Source of the DNA: an uncultured Gemmatimonadales bacterium
GTDB lineage: Bacteria; Gemmatimonadota; Gemmatimonadetes; Gemmatimonadales; GWC2-71-9
Reading direction: 5' to 3'
Length of the DNA stretch: 64,000 nucleotides
Assembly: GCA_963825055.1 (NCBI GenBank)
Contig: CAWGSK010000012.1
Location: 192,001-256,000, forward strand
In this document: piece by piece, positions 30,435 to 38,851 of the stretch
Layout: every line of letters begins with the position of its first letter
Position numbering within the stretch: position 1 is the first letter of the stretch
Program-made: the position numbers and the translations under genes
Notes under the pieces: model-generated
What the model saw: the letters and a program-made list of their open reading frames with translations, nothing else
Database searches by the model: none
Told to the model about the DNA's origin: nothing

Positions 30435-31434
30435 GCTCCCGATCCACCCGGGCGAGGCGCTCCTGCATCTCCTGTGCGAGCCGCTCCCCCTCCCGGTACT
30501 GCTTCCGCGCGTTCCCCAGATGGGTGCCGACCTTCTCCCAGGCCTGCAGGAACCGGTCGAAGTCCTGCCGCAGCGCCCCCAGTTCCGCCTGGATCTCTCC
30601 CGCGCGTGATTCCAGCTGAAGTCCCCTGAGGCCGTGCAGCACGGCGGCCAGATAGGCGTAGAACGTATGCGGTGACACCGGGACCACGCGGTGGCGCATG
30701 GCGTGGCCAAGTGCGCTGTCTTCCCCGGCGGGCGTTTCATCCCGGATGAACGCCTCGTAGTACACTGCCTCCGCCGGTACGTACATGAGCGCGAAATCGT
30801 ACGTGGCCTCGTCCGGGCGGATGTACTTGTCGGCAATCTCCTCGATCCGTTCACGGATCGCTCGGCGGAAGGCGCGCCGGTGCCGGAGGGCTTCTTCACC
30901 ATCGGCCTCCAGCATCCGCTGGCAGGATTCGAGCGGGAATTTGGCGTCCACAGGCACGAGGCGCGTGCCCAGCCGGATCACCGCATCCACCCGCTCCCCC
31001 GAGGCGAAGGTGTACTGCGTCTCGTACAGTCCCTCGGGGAAAACCTGCCGCAGCATCTCCTCCAGCCACAGCTCCCCGAGGTTGCCGCGCAGCTTCGGCA
31101 CCTGGAGCAGGTCCCGCACGCCGTTCACCGCCTGGCCCATGTGCTCCAGCCGCCGGGTGATCTCCGTAAGCTGTCCCAGGCGCTCCCGGAGGTCGCGGAT
31201 GGTCATGCCTGTCTCCTCCAGCCGCCGGCCCACGGCGTGGTGCCCGGCGTCCAGCCTCCCGGTGAGCAGGGCGGAGAGATCCGTCATCTGGCGCACCATC
31301 GCCTCCTGCTGCCGCAGCCGTTCCTCGGCCAGGGCCTGGCGCAGGGGGGTGACGCGCGTGCGCTCACGCAGCTGGAGCGCGAGGACAGTGGCGAGCAGGA
31401 GGACGATGGCAACGAGAAGGACGGGGATCAGCAT
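30364..31434 (-). CDS. rmuC: DNA recombination protein RmuC
   Basis: N-terminal TM plus coiled coil; PKLRGNLGELWLE, VDAVI, VPVDAKFPL, IADKYI.P..TYDFALMYVPAEAVY. Confidence 0.92.
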   Translation of the reverse strand: MLIPVLLVAIVLLLATVLALQLRERTRVTPLRQALAEERLRQQEAMVRQMTDLSALLTGRLDAGHHAVGRRLEETGMTIRDLRERLGQLTEITRRLEHMGQAVNGVRDLLQVPKLRGNLGELWLEEMLRQVFPEGLYETQYTFASGERVDAVIRLGTRLVPVDAKFPLESCQRMLEADGEEALRHRRAFRRAIRERIEEIADKYIRPDEATYDFALMYVPAEAVYYEAFIRDETPAGEDSALGHAMRHRVVPVSPHTFYAYLAAVLHGLRGLQLESRAGEIQAELGALRQDFDRFLQAWEKVGTHLGNARKQYREGERLAQEMQERLARVDREPTAAGPRGAVPAEGVEERRSGAP

Positions 31435-31436
31435 GG

Positions 31437-31739
31437 TTACGGGGCCTGGACTGGTGGGGTGCACCGCTCCAGGGCGCGTTCGAGATAGACCTCGACCAGG
31501 TCGAAGTGCGGCGTCCGGCTGCGGTGCATCCAGTGGTCGCGGCAGCCCAGTGAACGGGCCGCATCCAGGAGAGCGGCCTCGTCCCGGGCGAGCAGGTGGC
31601 AGGTCCGCCGTCCCCGGCTCAGGAAGATGTTCTCGTGGACGGCGATGCCGCCCTCGGCGGCCCAGCCGCGCGCCTCGCGGACCTCACGGGGGAGGAAGTA
31701 GTGCCAGCCCGGTCGTGCCGTATTCGGAGGTTGTGTCAT
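31437..31739 (-). CDS. Small hypothetical protein, DUF4031-like
   Basis: CHLLA...L..AA.SLG...W......HFDL pattern; lies 2 nt upstream of the rmuC start. Confidence 0.55.
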   Translation of the reverse strand: MTQPPNTARPGWHYFLPREVREARGWAAEGGIAVHENIFLSRGRRTCHLLARDEAALLDAARSLGCRDHWMHRSRTPHFDLVEVYLERALERCTPPVQAP

Positions 31740-31743
31740 GGCC

Positions 31744-31780
31744 AAAAGAAAAATGCCCTGCCCGGGAAGGGCAGGGCATT
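31744..31780 (-). terminator. Rho-independent terminator of the outer-membrane beta-barrel gene
   Basis: 12-bp perfect stem AATGCCCTGCCC/GGGCAGGGCATT, 5-nt loop, followed by a U-rich tract on the minus strand. Confidence 0.85.
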
Positions 31781-31800
31781 CTCCATGTACCGCGTGGTGC

Positions 31801-32361
31801 TTACCGGCCGCCGAACTTCACGCCCACGGAGAACGGAATGTAGCCCTTGCTGCCACCAAAGTTGTCAGAGGTGCTCACGTTGAAATACCGGCCCTCGACG
31901 AAGATGGTGACCGAGCTCAGCATGAAGTTGATGCCCGCGCCGCCGTTGAAGGCCAGCTTGGTCTCGCTTTCGCTAAAGCCCGCGCCATCGTCGACTTTGA
32001 CGTTGGCCGCGCCCAGACCCGCGAGGATGTAGGGCTTCACCATGCTGCCGGGAGCGCCGAAGGCGAACACGGCGTCGGCATTACCGCTGAAGATCTTGAC
32101 CTTGGCGCTGGAACCCGCCTTGTCACTGTTCTGGCTGTACATGCCGTCGACGCGAATCCCGAAGGGCACGCCGGGGAGCATGAAGTTGACGCCACCCACG
32201 CCATTCCAGCCGGTCTTGGCCACGTCCTTGAAGTCACCGGTCGGGATGGTTGCACCGCCACCGAGGAAGAAACTCGCCCGGGCGGTCTGAGCCTGGGCAG
32301 CCGAGGCCGCGACGAGGGAGACCAGCACCAGTGCCACGGCCGCGTGCAGCATGCGCTTCAT
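31801..32361 (-). CDS. Outer membrane beta-barrel protein (8-stranded, OMP_b-brl type)
   Basis: Signal peptide, alternating strands, KPYILAGLG, C-terminal VGVKF; SD GGAGAG. Confidence 0.85.
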   Translation of the reverse strand: MKRMLHAAVALVLVSLVAASAAQAQTARASFFLGGGATIPTGDFKDVAKTGWNGVGGVNFMLPGVPFGIRVDGMYSQNSDKAGSSAKVKIFSGNADAVFAFGAPGSMVKPYILAGLGAANVKVDDGAGFSESETKLAFNGGAGINFMLSSVTIFVEGRYFNVSTSDNFGGSKGYIPFSVGVKFGGR

Positions 32362-32439
32362 AAACTCTCTCCAGAGAAAAGATGGTGGACTCAAGGGGAA
32401 CGAGCCTCCCACTTCCACCGGTGTGGGATGAGCGGCCCG

Positions 32440-32468
32440 AAGATAGGGCCCGGGCAACCGAAAGGCAA
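32440..32468 (-). promoter_or_regulatory. sigma70-type promoter for the OMP gene
   Basis: TTGCCT-N17-TATCTT on the minus strand. Confidence 0.6.
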
Positions 32469-32488
32469 GCGTGGCAGGGAGATAGAGG

Positions 32489-33646
32489 CTAGTGAATCCG
32501 AGGTACAAGCGTTTCAAGCACCGAGTCACCGACGGTGCCTGAGAGCCGGAAAACGAGACCGTTTCGAAGGAACTTCAAGGAATCCATCGGAGCGGAATAG
32601 CCAGGTAAGCTGTTTACAATATTATTGTTACGCGCGTCATATGATGTAGCACCTGAGATATTGGCACGCCGCTGTTCCAGATAGAGGGTGTCGGTCTGAG
32701 TGGGAAACGTGTAGCGGATCCGGGCCACGGGAGGCACCTCGGAATTGAGTTCCACGCCATCCGGCGAGAGGCCGTCGATGAGCAGGATTGAGCCACCCAG
32801 AACATCGACGGCGTCCTCCAGAGAGGACGACCGGAAGCCGTTCCCGGGGAGCCCCAACCCCTTCGAAGGGACCGCAAGGCGCTGCGCGGCCTCCGGTTTC
32901 TGGGCGCTCTCAGCGCTGGCGTCGCGGCGAGCCCGCGCCTCCGACCTGGCCGGAGCGGCCACGAACGCGTCCGCACGTTGCTTCGTGGCAACCTGATCGG
33001 CAGGGACCAGGGGTGCTGCCGCCGCTGCCGCCGACCCTGAGTCAAACGGAACCGGGGCACCGGGTCGCTCTTCCGTTGCGGGCACGCCCGTGACTCCGGG
33101 GTGCAGTCGGGCCAGATCGTCACGGTGACCCCCGGCATCGTCCTGGTCCTTCACCGCCACCGGTTTTTCGGGCACTGCGGCCTTCCCGGCGGCAGGGGAC
33201 TCCGGGATCTTCGCTGTGGCATTTCCCTCCGCCGACGGCACCGTTTGCGTCACCGGCCCGGGCGCCATCTGGATGTCCGGAGCGTTTTGTCGGGCCGGGC
33301 CGGATGCTTCGGTTGGGGCAGGGGGAAGCGCGCGGTCGGGTCTGCCGCGCCATTCGCCGCTGTAATAGCCGATACCCGCCGCGAGGACGACAGTCGCCGC
33401 CCAGGCCAGCGGCCGGTACCGAACCCACCAGGCTCGCGGGACGGGCCGCGCCGACACCTGGCCCAGCGGTGGCGGCACCAGCGACTCCACCATGCCATCC
33501 GCCTCGGCCATCATCGCCTGCTCCTCGGCCAGGCGTGCGCGACAGACCTCGCACCCCCGGAGGTGCGCCTCCAGCGTCCGCTGCTCGTCGCCGGTCAGCT
33601 CCCCATCCAGCAGGGCGGCCAGCATGCCATCGTCAGGATGCGACAT
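32489..33646 (-). CDS. Zinc-binding (zf-HC2/ZAS) transmembrane anti-sigma factor
   Basis: HLRGCEVC (HxxxCxxC), TM segment LAWAATVVLAAGIGY, Pro/Ala-rich linker, folded C-terminal domain; overlaps the sigma gene stop. Confidence 0.87.
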   Translation of the reverse strand: MSHPDDGMLAALLDGELTGDEQRTLEAHLRGCEVCRARLAEEQAMMAEADGMVESLVPPPLGQVSARPVPRAWWVRYRPLAWAATVVLAAGIGYYSGEWRGRPDRALPPAPTEASGPARQNAPDIQMAPGPVTQTVPSAEGNATAKIPESPAAGKAAVPEKPVAVKDQDDAGGHRDDLARLHPGVTGVPATEERPGAPVPFDSGSAAAAAAPLVPADQVATKQRADAFVAAPARSEARARRDASAESAQKPEAAQRLAVPSKGLGLPGNGFRSSSLEDAVDVLGGSILLIDGLSPDGVELNSEVPPVARIRYTFPTQTDTLYLEQRRANISGATSYDARNNNIVNSLPGYSAPMDSLKFLRNGLVFRLSGTVGDSVLETLVPRIH

Positions 33647-34133
33647 CGCGTTCCTTCTCCATGCTGCGGTACGCTTCCACCAGGCGGCGCCGGGCGCGGG
33701 AGAGCGTGGTGCCCACCGCGCCGCGCGCCAGCCCCAGGGTGGCGGCGATTTCCTCGTAATTGAATCCCTCCGCCTTGAGGAGGAGGGCCTCCCGGTCGCG
33801 CTCGGTGAGTTGATCGAGCGCCGCCCGGACCCGCGCGACCCGTTCTTCCCGCTCGAGTTCCTGGTCCGCCGGCTCGTGGTGTGGCGGGGTCTCCGCCTTG
33901 AGCAGGACCAGACGGCGGGCCTGCCGGCCGGCCTTCCGCGCGTCCTCACGCACCAGGTTCAGTGCCACCGCAAAGAGCCACGGACGCGGGTTCTCCGGCG
34001 GGGCTGCGACAGCGCGGGCAAAGACCTCCTGCGCCATGTCCTCCGCGCGATCACGGTCACCCGTCCGGCGCCAGAGCATCCGGACGAGCGACGCGTGATA
34101 CTCACGGAAGAGATCCCCGACCGGTGTGGTCAT
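33633..34133 (-). CDS. ECF RNA polymerase sigma factor
   Basis: Region 2 AEDMAQEVF..WLFAVALN; region 4 GFNYEEIAATLGLARGAVGTTLSRARRRL. Confidence 0.93.
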   Translation of the reverse strand: MTTPVGDLFREYHASLVRMLWRRTGDRDRAEDMAQEVFARAVAAPPENPRPWLFAVALNLVREDARKAGRQARRLVLLKAETPPHHEPADQELEREERVARVRAALDQLTERDREALLLKAEGFNYEEIAATLGLARGAVGTTLSRARRRLVEAYRSMEKERDVAS

Positions 34134-36358
34134 TGGCCTCGATACGCCTTGACGAAGGCATCCAGCTTTCCGGGGGCCCAGGTTGTGCGGCCGCCGGCTG
34201 CCACCCGGATGCTGGCCCGCTTCCCGGCGATGAGGATGGCCTCGTCGCCGCTCAGGAACGGCCGGACCTCGGGCAGGGCCCGGGCCAGGTCGAACCAGGC
34301 AGTGCTGTAAGGTGCGATGCTCACGGTGTTCACCGTATCGCGCTGGCCCGCATCCGTCCAGACCGAGTCGCGGAGCACGAACATCCGCCCGCCGATCCGG
34401 CGGACCTGCAGGGCATCGTCGTCCTTCACCCCGGCCTGCATTTCCCGGAGTTGGCGCTCTGCCGCCTGGTCGGTGGCCGCCACGGAACCGGCCGCGCTCA
34501 TCTCGGCGCTGGCCTTGGCGCTGTTGAAGGCACGCGTTCCCGTCTGGTCGCGCGGTACTGGCGCGGTCACGCCTGACTGTGCTGTCGGGAAGGTATTTCG
34601 GCGCTGCAGCGCGAGCGTGCTCCCCGGCTCCTGCACCAGGTACGAGGTGTACTCGGTGAGAATCCCATAGCGCAGCCCGAGCTCGCGCACCTCGGCGATA
34701 CGCTCGGGTGTGGCGCCCTCGAGCCGGATGGTGCGGGTCAACTCACCGATCCGCCGGGAGGCCCAGAGCTTCGGCAGGAAGTCGTTCTTCTGCTCCCGCC
34801 GGGGGAAGGTAGCAGTGGCGGTGAAGCGCTCGCGTCGCCCGGCCCGCTCGCCCTCGATGATCACTTCGCCGTTCCCCGTCCCATGATATCGTCCCAGGAT
34901 CACCAGTTCTTCTCCATAGAAGAGATCCGGGAGGCTTGCAGGATACGTCAGGTCGAACTGCACCGGCTGGTTCACGATGCGCAGGTTGACCAGCGCGGGA
35001 TGCTGCAGCTTGCCGAGCAGGTCGCCCATCGCGACCTCCACATCGCCCTCGGGAGGAACATACGCCGCGCTGCCGCGTCCTTCGCGGGCGAGGCGGTCCA
35101 GCAGGTAGGTGTTGACGTCGTGCCCCACGCCCACGGTGAAGATGCGCCTGTCGCCGATGCGGGCCGAGACGCCCGAGGCGATCTGTTCGGGTGCCCGCTC
35201 GCCCACGGACGGGAGGCCGTCAGTCAGGAAGACCAGGATCGGAAGCCGGCCGTCCCGCGGGTTCGCCTCCAGCGCCAGGTCCAGCGCGCCCGCGATGTTG
35301 GTGCCGCCGCCCGCAACCAGTCCATCGACGTACCGCCGGGCTTCGGCGATGATGGCGGGTGTTGCCGCGGACCAGCCATCATGGAACTCGTGAAGGCCGG
35401 ACGAGAAGGTCACCAGCCGGAACCGGTCGCGGGTGCCCAGCGTACCCAGGGCCTCGCGAAGCGCGGCTTTTGCCTGGGTGAGTTTGGTTCCGGACATGGA
35501 TCCCGAGACGTCCACGACCAGGGTGAGGTCGCGGGGAATGCTGACGGTTTCACCGCTGGCCGGCGGGGCGACCAGGAGCATGAAGTACCCGTCCTCACCC
35601 GGGGGCGCGTGGGTCACGAGGCTGGTGCCGACCAGCCCGCGACGATAGGGCAGAAAGATCTCGACATCACCATTGGCTTCGGGATCGAGCGACACCCGGA
35701 CCTGGCCGTCATGGCGCTCCGTCGTGAGCGTGTGCGTCGGGGAGTAGGGCGTGCCGAGCCGGCCGCCGTTCTCGACCGCCAGGTCGAACGTGAACGCATC
35801 GGCGAATCCCGGCGCGCCGCCGCCGCCCCTGGCTACGCTCTCCACCCGCTCGCGGTTGCCGATGGCGTACCGCATCCGCAGCGCATCGCCCGAGCGCTCG
35901 AGCACCTGGGTGTAGCGCAGGACCACCTTGCGGGTCTCGCCCGGTGCTATGGGAAATACCCTGGCACGGATGAGGCCATGGTCCTCCAGCGTCAGCAATG
36001 CCGGGTCCTTGAGCTTCCGGACGATCGCCTCGTAGATCCCCCTGGCCTGGTCGGCCGGGAGCATCTCCCCACGGACTTCCTCATTACCCATCCAGAGCGA
36101 GAAGTTGTCAAACACCGCCTCGCCCGGCAGGGGATAGAGATAGGTGCCTTCGGCGATGCCGCCGCCGCGGTTCCGGAACTGCTCCTCCACCTCCACCCGG
36201 GCCACACGTCCGTCCACGGTCACCTGGACGTGCGAGCTCACCCGGACCACCGGACTGGGCGCCGTGGCCACGCGGCGTTCTACGTCGATCCAGCCCTGGG
36301 CCGCCACGGGGGCCGCAGTTACGGCCAGGGCAAGGGCAGCCAGCATGATGCGCGACAT
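34130..36358 (-). CDS. Secreted VIT + von Willebrand factor A domain protein (inter-alpha-trypsin inhibitor heavy chain-like)
   Basis: Signal peptide; VIT domain (EQFRN..EGTYLYPLP, ARGIYEAIV..DPALL); MIDAS residues DVSGS, GGT, LTDG; LWASRRIG and YGILTEYTSYLV. SD GGAG. Confidence 0.9.
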   Translation of the reverse strand: MSRIMLAALALAVTAAPVAAQGWIDVERRVATAPSPVVRVSSHVQVTVDGRVARVEVEEQFRNRGGGIAEGTYLYPLPGEAVFDNFSLWMGNEEVRGEMLPADQARGIYEAIVRKLKDPALLTLEDHGLIRARVFPIAPGETRKVVLRYTQVLERSGDALRMRYAIGNRERVESVARGGGGAPGFADAFTFDLAVENGGRLGTPYSPTHTLTTERHDGQVRVSLDPEANGDVEIFLPYRRGLVGTSLVTHAPPGEDGYFMLLVAPPASGETVSIPRDLTLVVDVSGSMSGTKLTQAKAALREALGTLGTRDRFRLVTFSSGLHEFHDGWSAATPAIIAEARRYVDGLVAGGGTNIAGALDLALEANPRDGRLPILVFLTDGLPSVGERAPEQIASGVSARIGDRRIFTVGVGHDVNTYLLDRLAREGRGSAAYVPPEGDVEVAMGDLLGKLQHPALVNLRIVNQPVQFDLTYPASLPDLFYGEELVILGRYHGTGNGEVIIEGERAGRRERFTATATFPRREQKNDFLPKLWASRRIGELTRTIRLEGATPERIAEVRELGLRYGILTEYTSYLVQEPGSTLALQRRNTFPTAQSGVTAPVPRDQTGTRAFNSAKASAEMSAAGSVAATDQAAERQLREMQAGVKDDDALQVRRIGGRMFVLRDSVWTDAGQRDTVNTVSIAPYSTAWFDLARALPEVRPFLSGDEAILIAGKRASIRVAAGGRTTWAPGKLDAFVKAYRGQ

Positions 36359-36442
36359 GATATCTCCCGGTTCTGGGGTCGGCGGGGAGATGCCGCGGGA
36401 AGGGAGACTTACACATCGATGCGGCCGGAGCATGGTTGCGCT

Positions 36443-36510
36443 GGTCGTTAAGTCGTTGAGTCGCACTGGACAACGTCTCAACGAATCAACCACCCAACCA
36501 CTCAACTCTT
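36443..36510. repeat. Degenerate octamer repeats in inverted arrangement
   Basis: GGTCGTTA AGTCGTTG AGTCGCAC, then CAACGTCT CAACGAAT CAACCACC CAACCACT CAACTCTT. Confidence 0.75.
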
Positions 36511-36537
36511 CCCCCGTCACCCGCTACCTTCCGTGCG

Positions 36538-36885
36538 ATGCAAGTCCAGATCTTCGGCGTCAAGAAAAGCCCCGACACACGCAAAGCCCTGCGCTTCTTT
36601 GCGGAGCGGCGGGTCAAGACGCATTTTGTCGACCTGAACGAGCGGCCTGCCTCGCCCGGCGAGCTGCGGCGGTTCGTGCAGAGGTTCGGCCTGACGGCGC
36701 TGATCGACCGGGACAGCCGACGCTACGCAGAACTGGGCCTGGGCGCCGGGAGGTACAGCGACGACCGCTGGCTGGAAATTCTTGCGACTGAGCCGCTGGT
36801 GCTCCGGACGCCGCTGGTGCGCTACGAGCAGAAACTCACCATTGGGGCCGACCTGGACACCTGGCGCACCTGGACGGGCAAATGA
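36538..36885 (+). CDS. ArsC/Spx/YffB-family protein lacking cysteines
   Basis: IFGVKKSPDTRKALRFF, P.VLRTPLV and TIG; typical length. Confidence 0.82.
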   Translation: MQVQIFGVKKSPDTRKALRFFAERRVKTHFVDLNERPASPGELRRFVQRFGLTALIDRDSRRYAELGLGAGRYSDDRWLEILATEPLVLRTPLVRYEQKLTIGADLDTWRTWTGK

Positions 36886-36901
36886 GACACGGATCCGCAC
36901 T

Positions 36902-38851
36902 GTGGCGCTGATCGAGGTCGGGAGCCTCACCCTCCGGGCCGGGGGCAAGCCGCTGTTGTCCGACCTCTCCTTCAAGGTGGAGCGCGGCGAGCGCTGGGGG
37001 ATGCTCGGCCGGAATGGCAGCGGCAAGACGACCCTGTTCCGCGCCATCCATGGTGACGTGGACCCTGCGGGAGGGCAGGTGGTCCGCACAGCGGGGCTTC
37101 GTCTCGCGTGGCTCGACCAGCATCGCGACTACGGCGACGACGCCACGCTGTGGGACGTGGCTGCCGCTCCCTTCGCACATCTCCAGCGTCTTGAGGAAGC
37201 CCTCCACCGGCAGGCCGAGGCGCTGGCGCACGACGCTTCGCCGGCCGCGCTGGACCGCTATGCGAAGGACCAGGACCGATTCGACCGTGAAGGTGGCTAC
37301 GCATGGCACGCCCGGGTGGATGCCGTGCTCCATGGCCTCGGGTTCGATCCCGATGCAGCGCGTGTGCGCAGGCTCCGCGAACTGAGCGGAGGCGAGCGCG
37401 GCCGCCTCGGCCTGGCGCGCCAGCTCGTGCAACCCGCCGACCTGCTCCTGCTCGACGAACCCACCAACCACCTCGATCTCGAGACGACCGACTGGCTGTC
37501 CGAGTACCTGGTCCAGACGGATGAAGCGAGCATCGTCATCAGCCACGACCGGGATTTCCTCGATCGGGTCGTCAATCATGTGCTCCATCTCGAGGGGGGG
37601 AGCGCGTACGCCTACGACACGGGATACCGCGCCTTCCTTGAGCTCCGCGCCGAGCGCCGGCTCTCCGCGGACCGTGCCAGGCAGAAGCAGGAAAAAGTGA
37701 TCGCCGCGGAGGAGGACTACATCCGCCGCAACATCGCGGGCGGGAACAGCCGTCAGGCGAAGGGCCGCCGCCGCCGGCTGTCCCGGCTTCCGCGGCTGTC
37801 GGCGCCGCCGGGCGAGGCCGACGTCATGTCCCTCCGGCTCCATCCATCCGAGCGAAGCGGCGACCAGGTCATCGTGGCGGAGAACATCACGCTCGCCATC
37901 GGCGGTCGGACCCTGCTGCGCGGATTTTCCGCGCGGGTCACGCGGGGAGAACGTATTGGCCTCGTCGGCCCGAACGGGGCGGGGAAGACCACGCTGCTCA
38001 GGGCTCTGGCCGGTGAACAGGCGCCCGACGACGGACGGGTGACGCTCGGGGCCGCGGTAACCGCCGCGTGGTATCATCAGGATCTGGGCCAGGTCCCGAT
38101 GGAGCAGACCCTGTTCGACATCATTCACGACCGCCGACCCCGCTGGAATCGCGGCCAGGTCCAGGGGCACCTCGGCCGCTTCGGGTTCCCCGGCGATGCG
38201 GTGCTCCGGAAGCCGGCCAGCCTTTCCGGCGGTGAACGTGCCCGGCTGGCCCTCGCGCTCCTCATGCTGACGGAGGCGAACCTGCTGCTGCTCGACGAGC
38301 CGACCAATCATCTCGACGTCGAGTCCATCGAGGTGCTGGAGGATGCCCTCACCGACTATCCGGGCACGGTGCTGCTCGTCAGCCATGACCGGGCGCTGCT
38401 TCGATCGGTTACCGACCGGACCTGGGCGTACCGGAAGGACAGGATCGCCGACTACCCCGGCGGGTTCGAGGACTGGGAGATCGCGGAGGAGGAGCGGCGC
38501 ATGGTGGCATCCGCCGAGGAACAGCGGGTCCAGCAGGAGCGACGCGCGCTGGAGCGGAAGCGCCGTTCGGATCGGTCAACGGCGGAGCGTGGTCCACGAA
38601 CGGGCCTGCGCGCGGCTCGTCGCGACGCAGAGCGGGCCGAACAGGTGGTGCATGAGCTGGAACGCGAGGTCGAGCAACTCACGGGAGCGCTCGCGGACCC
38701 GGCCCTTTATGCGGGAGACGATGGTGCCGTGCGCGCCGCCGAACTGGCGGCGCGGCTGGCGGCGCGGCGTGGCGAGCTCGATGCCGCCATGGAGGTATGG
38801 AGCGAGGCGGGGTCGGCACTCGAGGCCATCCAGACGGAAGAACGTTCGTGA
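36902..38851 (+). CDS. ABC-F family ATPase (Uup/YheS-like)
   Basis: Two nucleotide-binding domains (GRNGSGKT, LSGGE, LDEPTNHLD twice), ABC_tran_Xtn linker, C-terminal coiled coil, no TM segments. Confidence 0.92.
   Translation: MALIEVGSLTLRAGGKPLLSDLSFKVERGERWGMLGRNGSGKTTLFRAIHGDVDPAGGQVVRTAGLRLAWLDQHRDYGDDATLWDVAAAPFAHLQRLEEALHRQAEALAHDASPAALDRYAKDQDRFDREGGYAWHARVDAVLHGLGFDPDAARVRRLRELSGGERGRLGLARQLVQPADLLLLDEPTNHLDLETTDWLSEYLVQTDEASIVISHDRDFLDRVVNHVLHLEGGSAYAYDTGYRAFLELRAERRLSADRARQKQEKVIAAEEDYIRRNIAGGNSRQAKGRRRRLSRLPRLSAPPGEADVMSLRLHPSERSGDQVIVAENITLAIGGRTLLRGFSARVTRGERIGLVGPNGAGKTTLLRALAGEQAPDDGRVTLGAAVTAAWYHQDLGQVPMEQTLFDIIHDRRPRWNRGQVQGHLGRFGFPGDAVLRKPASLSGGERARLALALLMLTEANLLLLDEPTNHLDVESIEVLEDALTDYPGTVLLVSHDRALLRSVTDRTWAYRKDRIADYPGGFEDWEIAEEERRMVASAEEQRVQQERRALERKRRSDRSTAERGPRTGLRAARRDAERAEQVVHELEREVEQLTGALADPALYAGDDGAVRAAELAARLAARRGELDAAMEVWSEAGSALEAIQTEERS

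Noticed and set aside
36400..36442. Autoregulatory ECF promoter upstream of VIT-vWA (GCAAC-N16-CGAT)
   Set aside because: The match is too weak to call without knowing the ECF group consensus.
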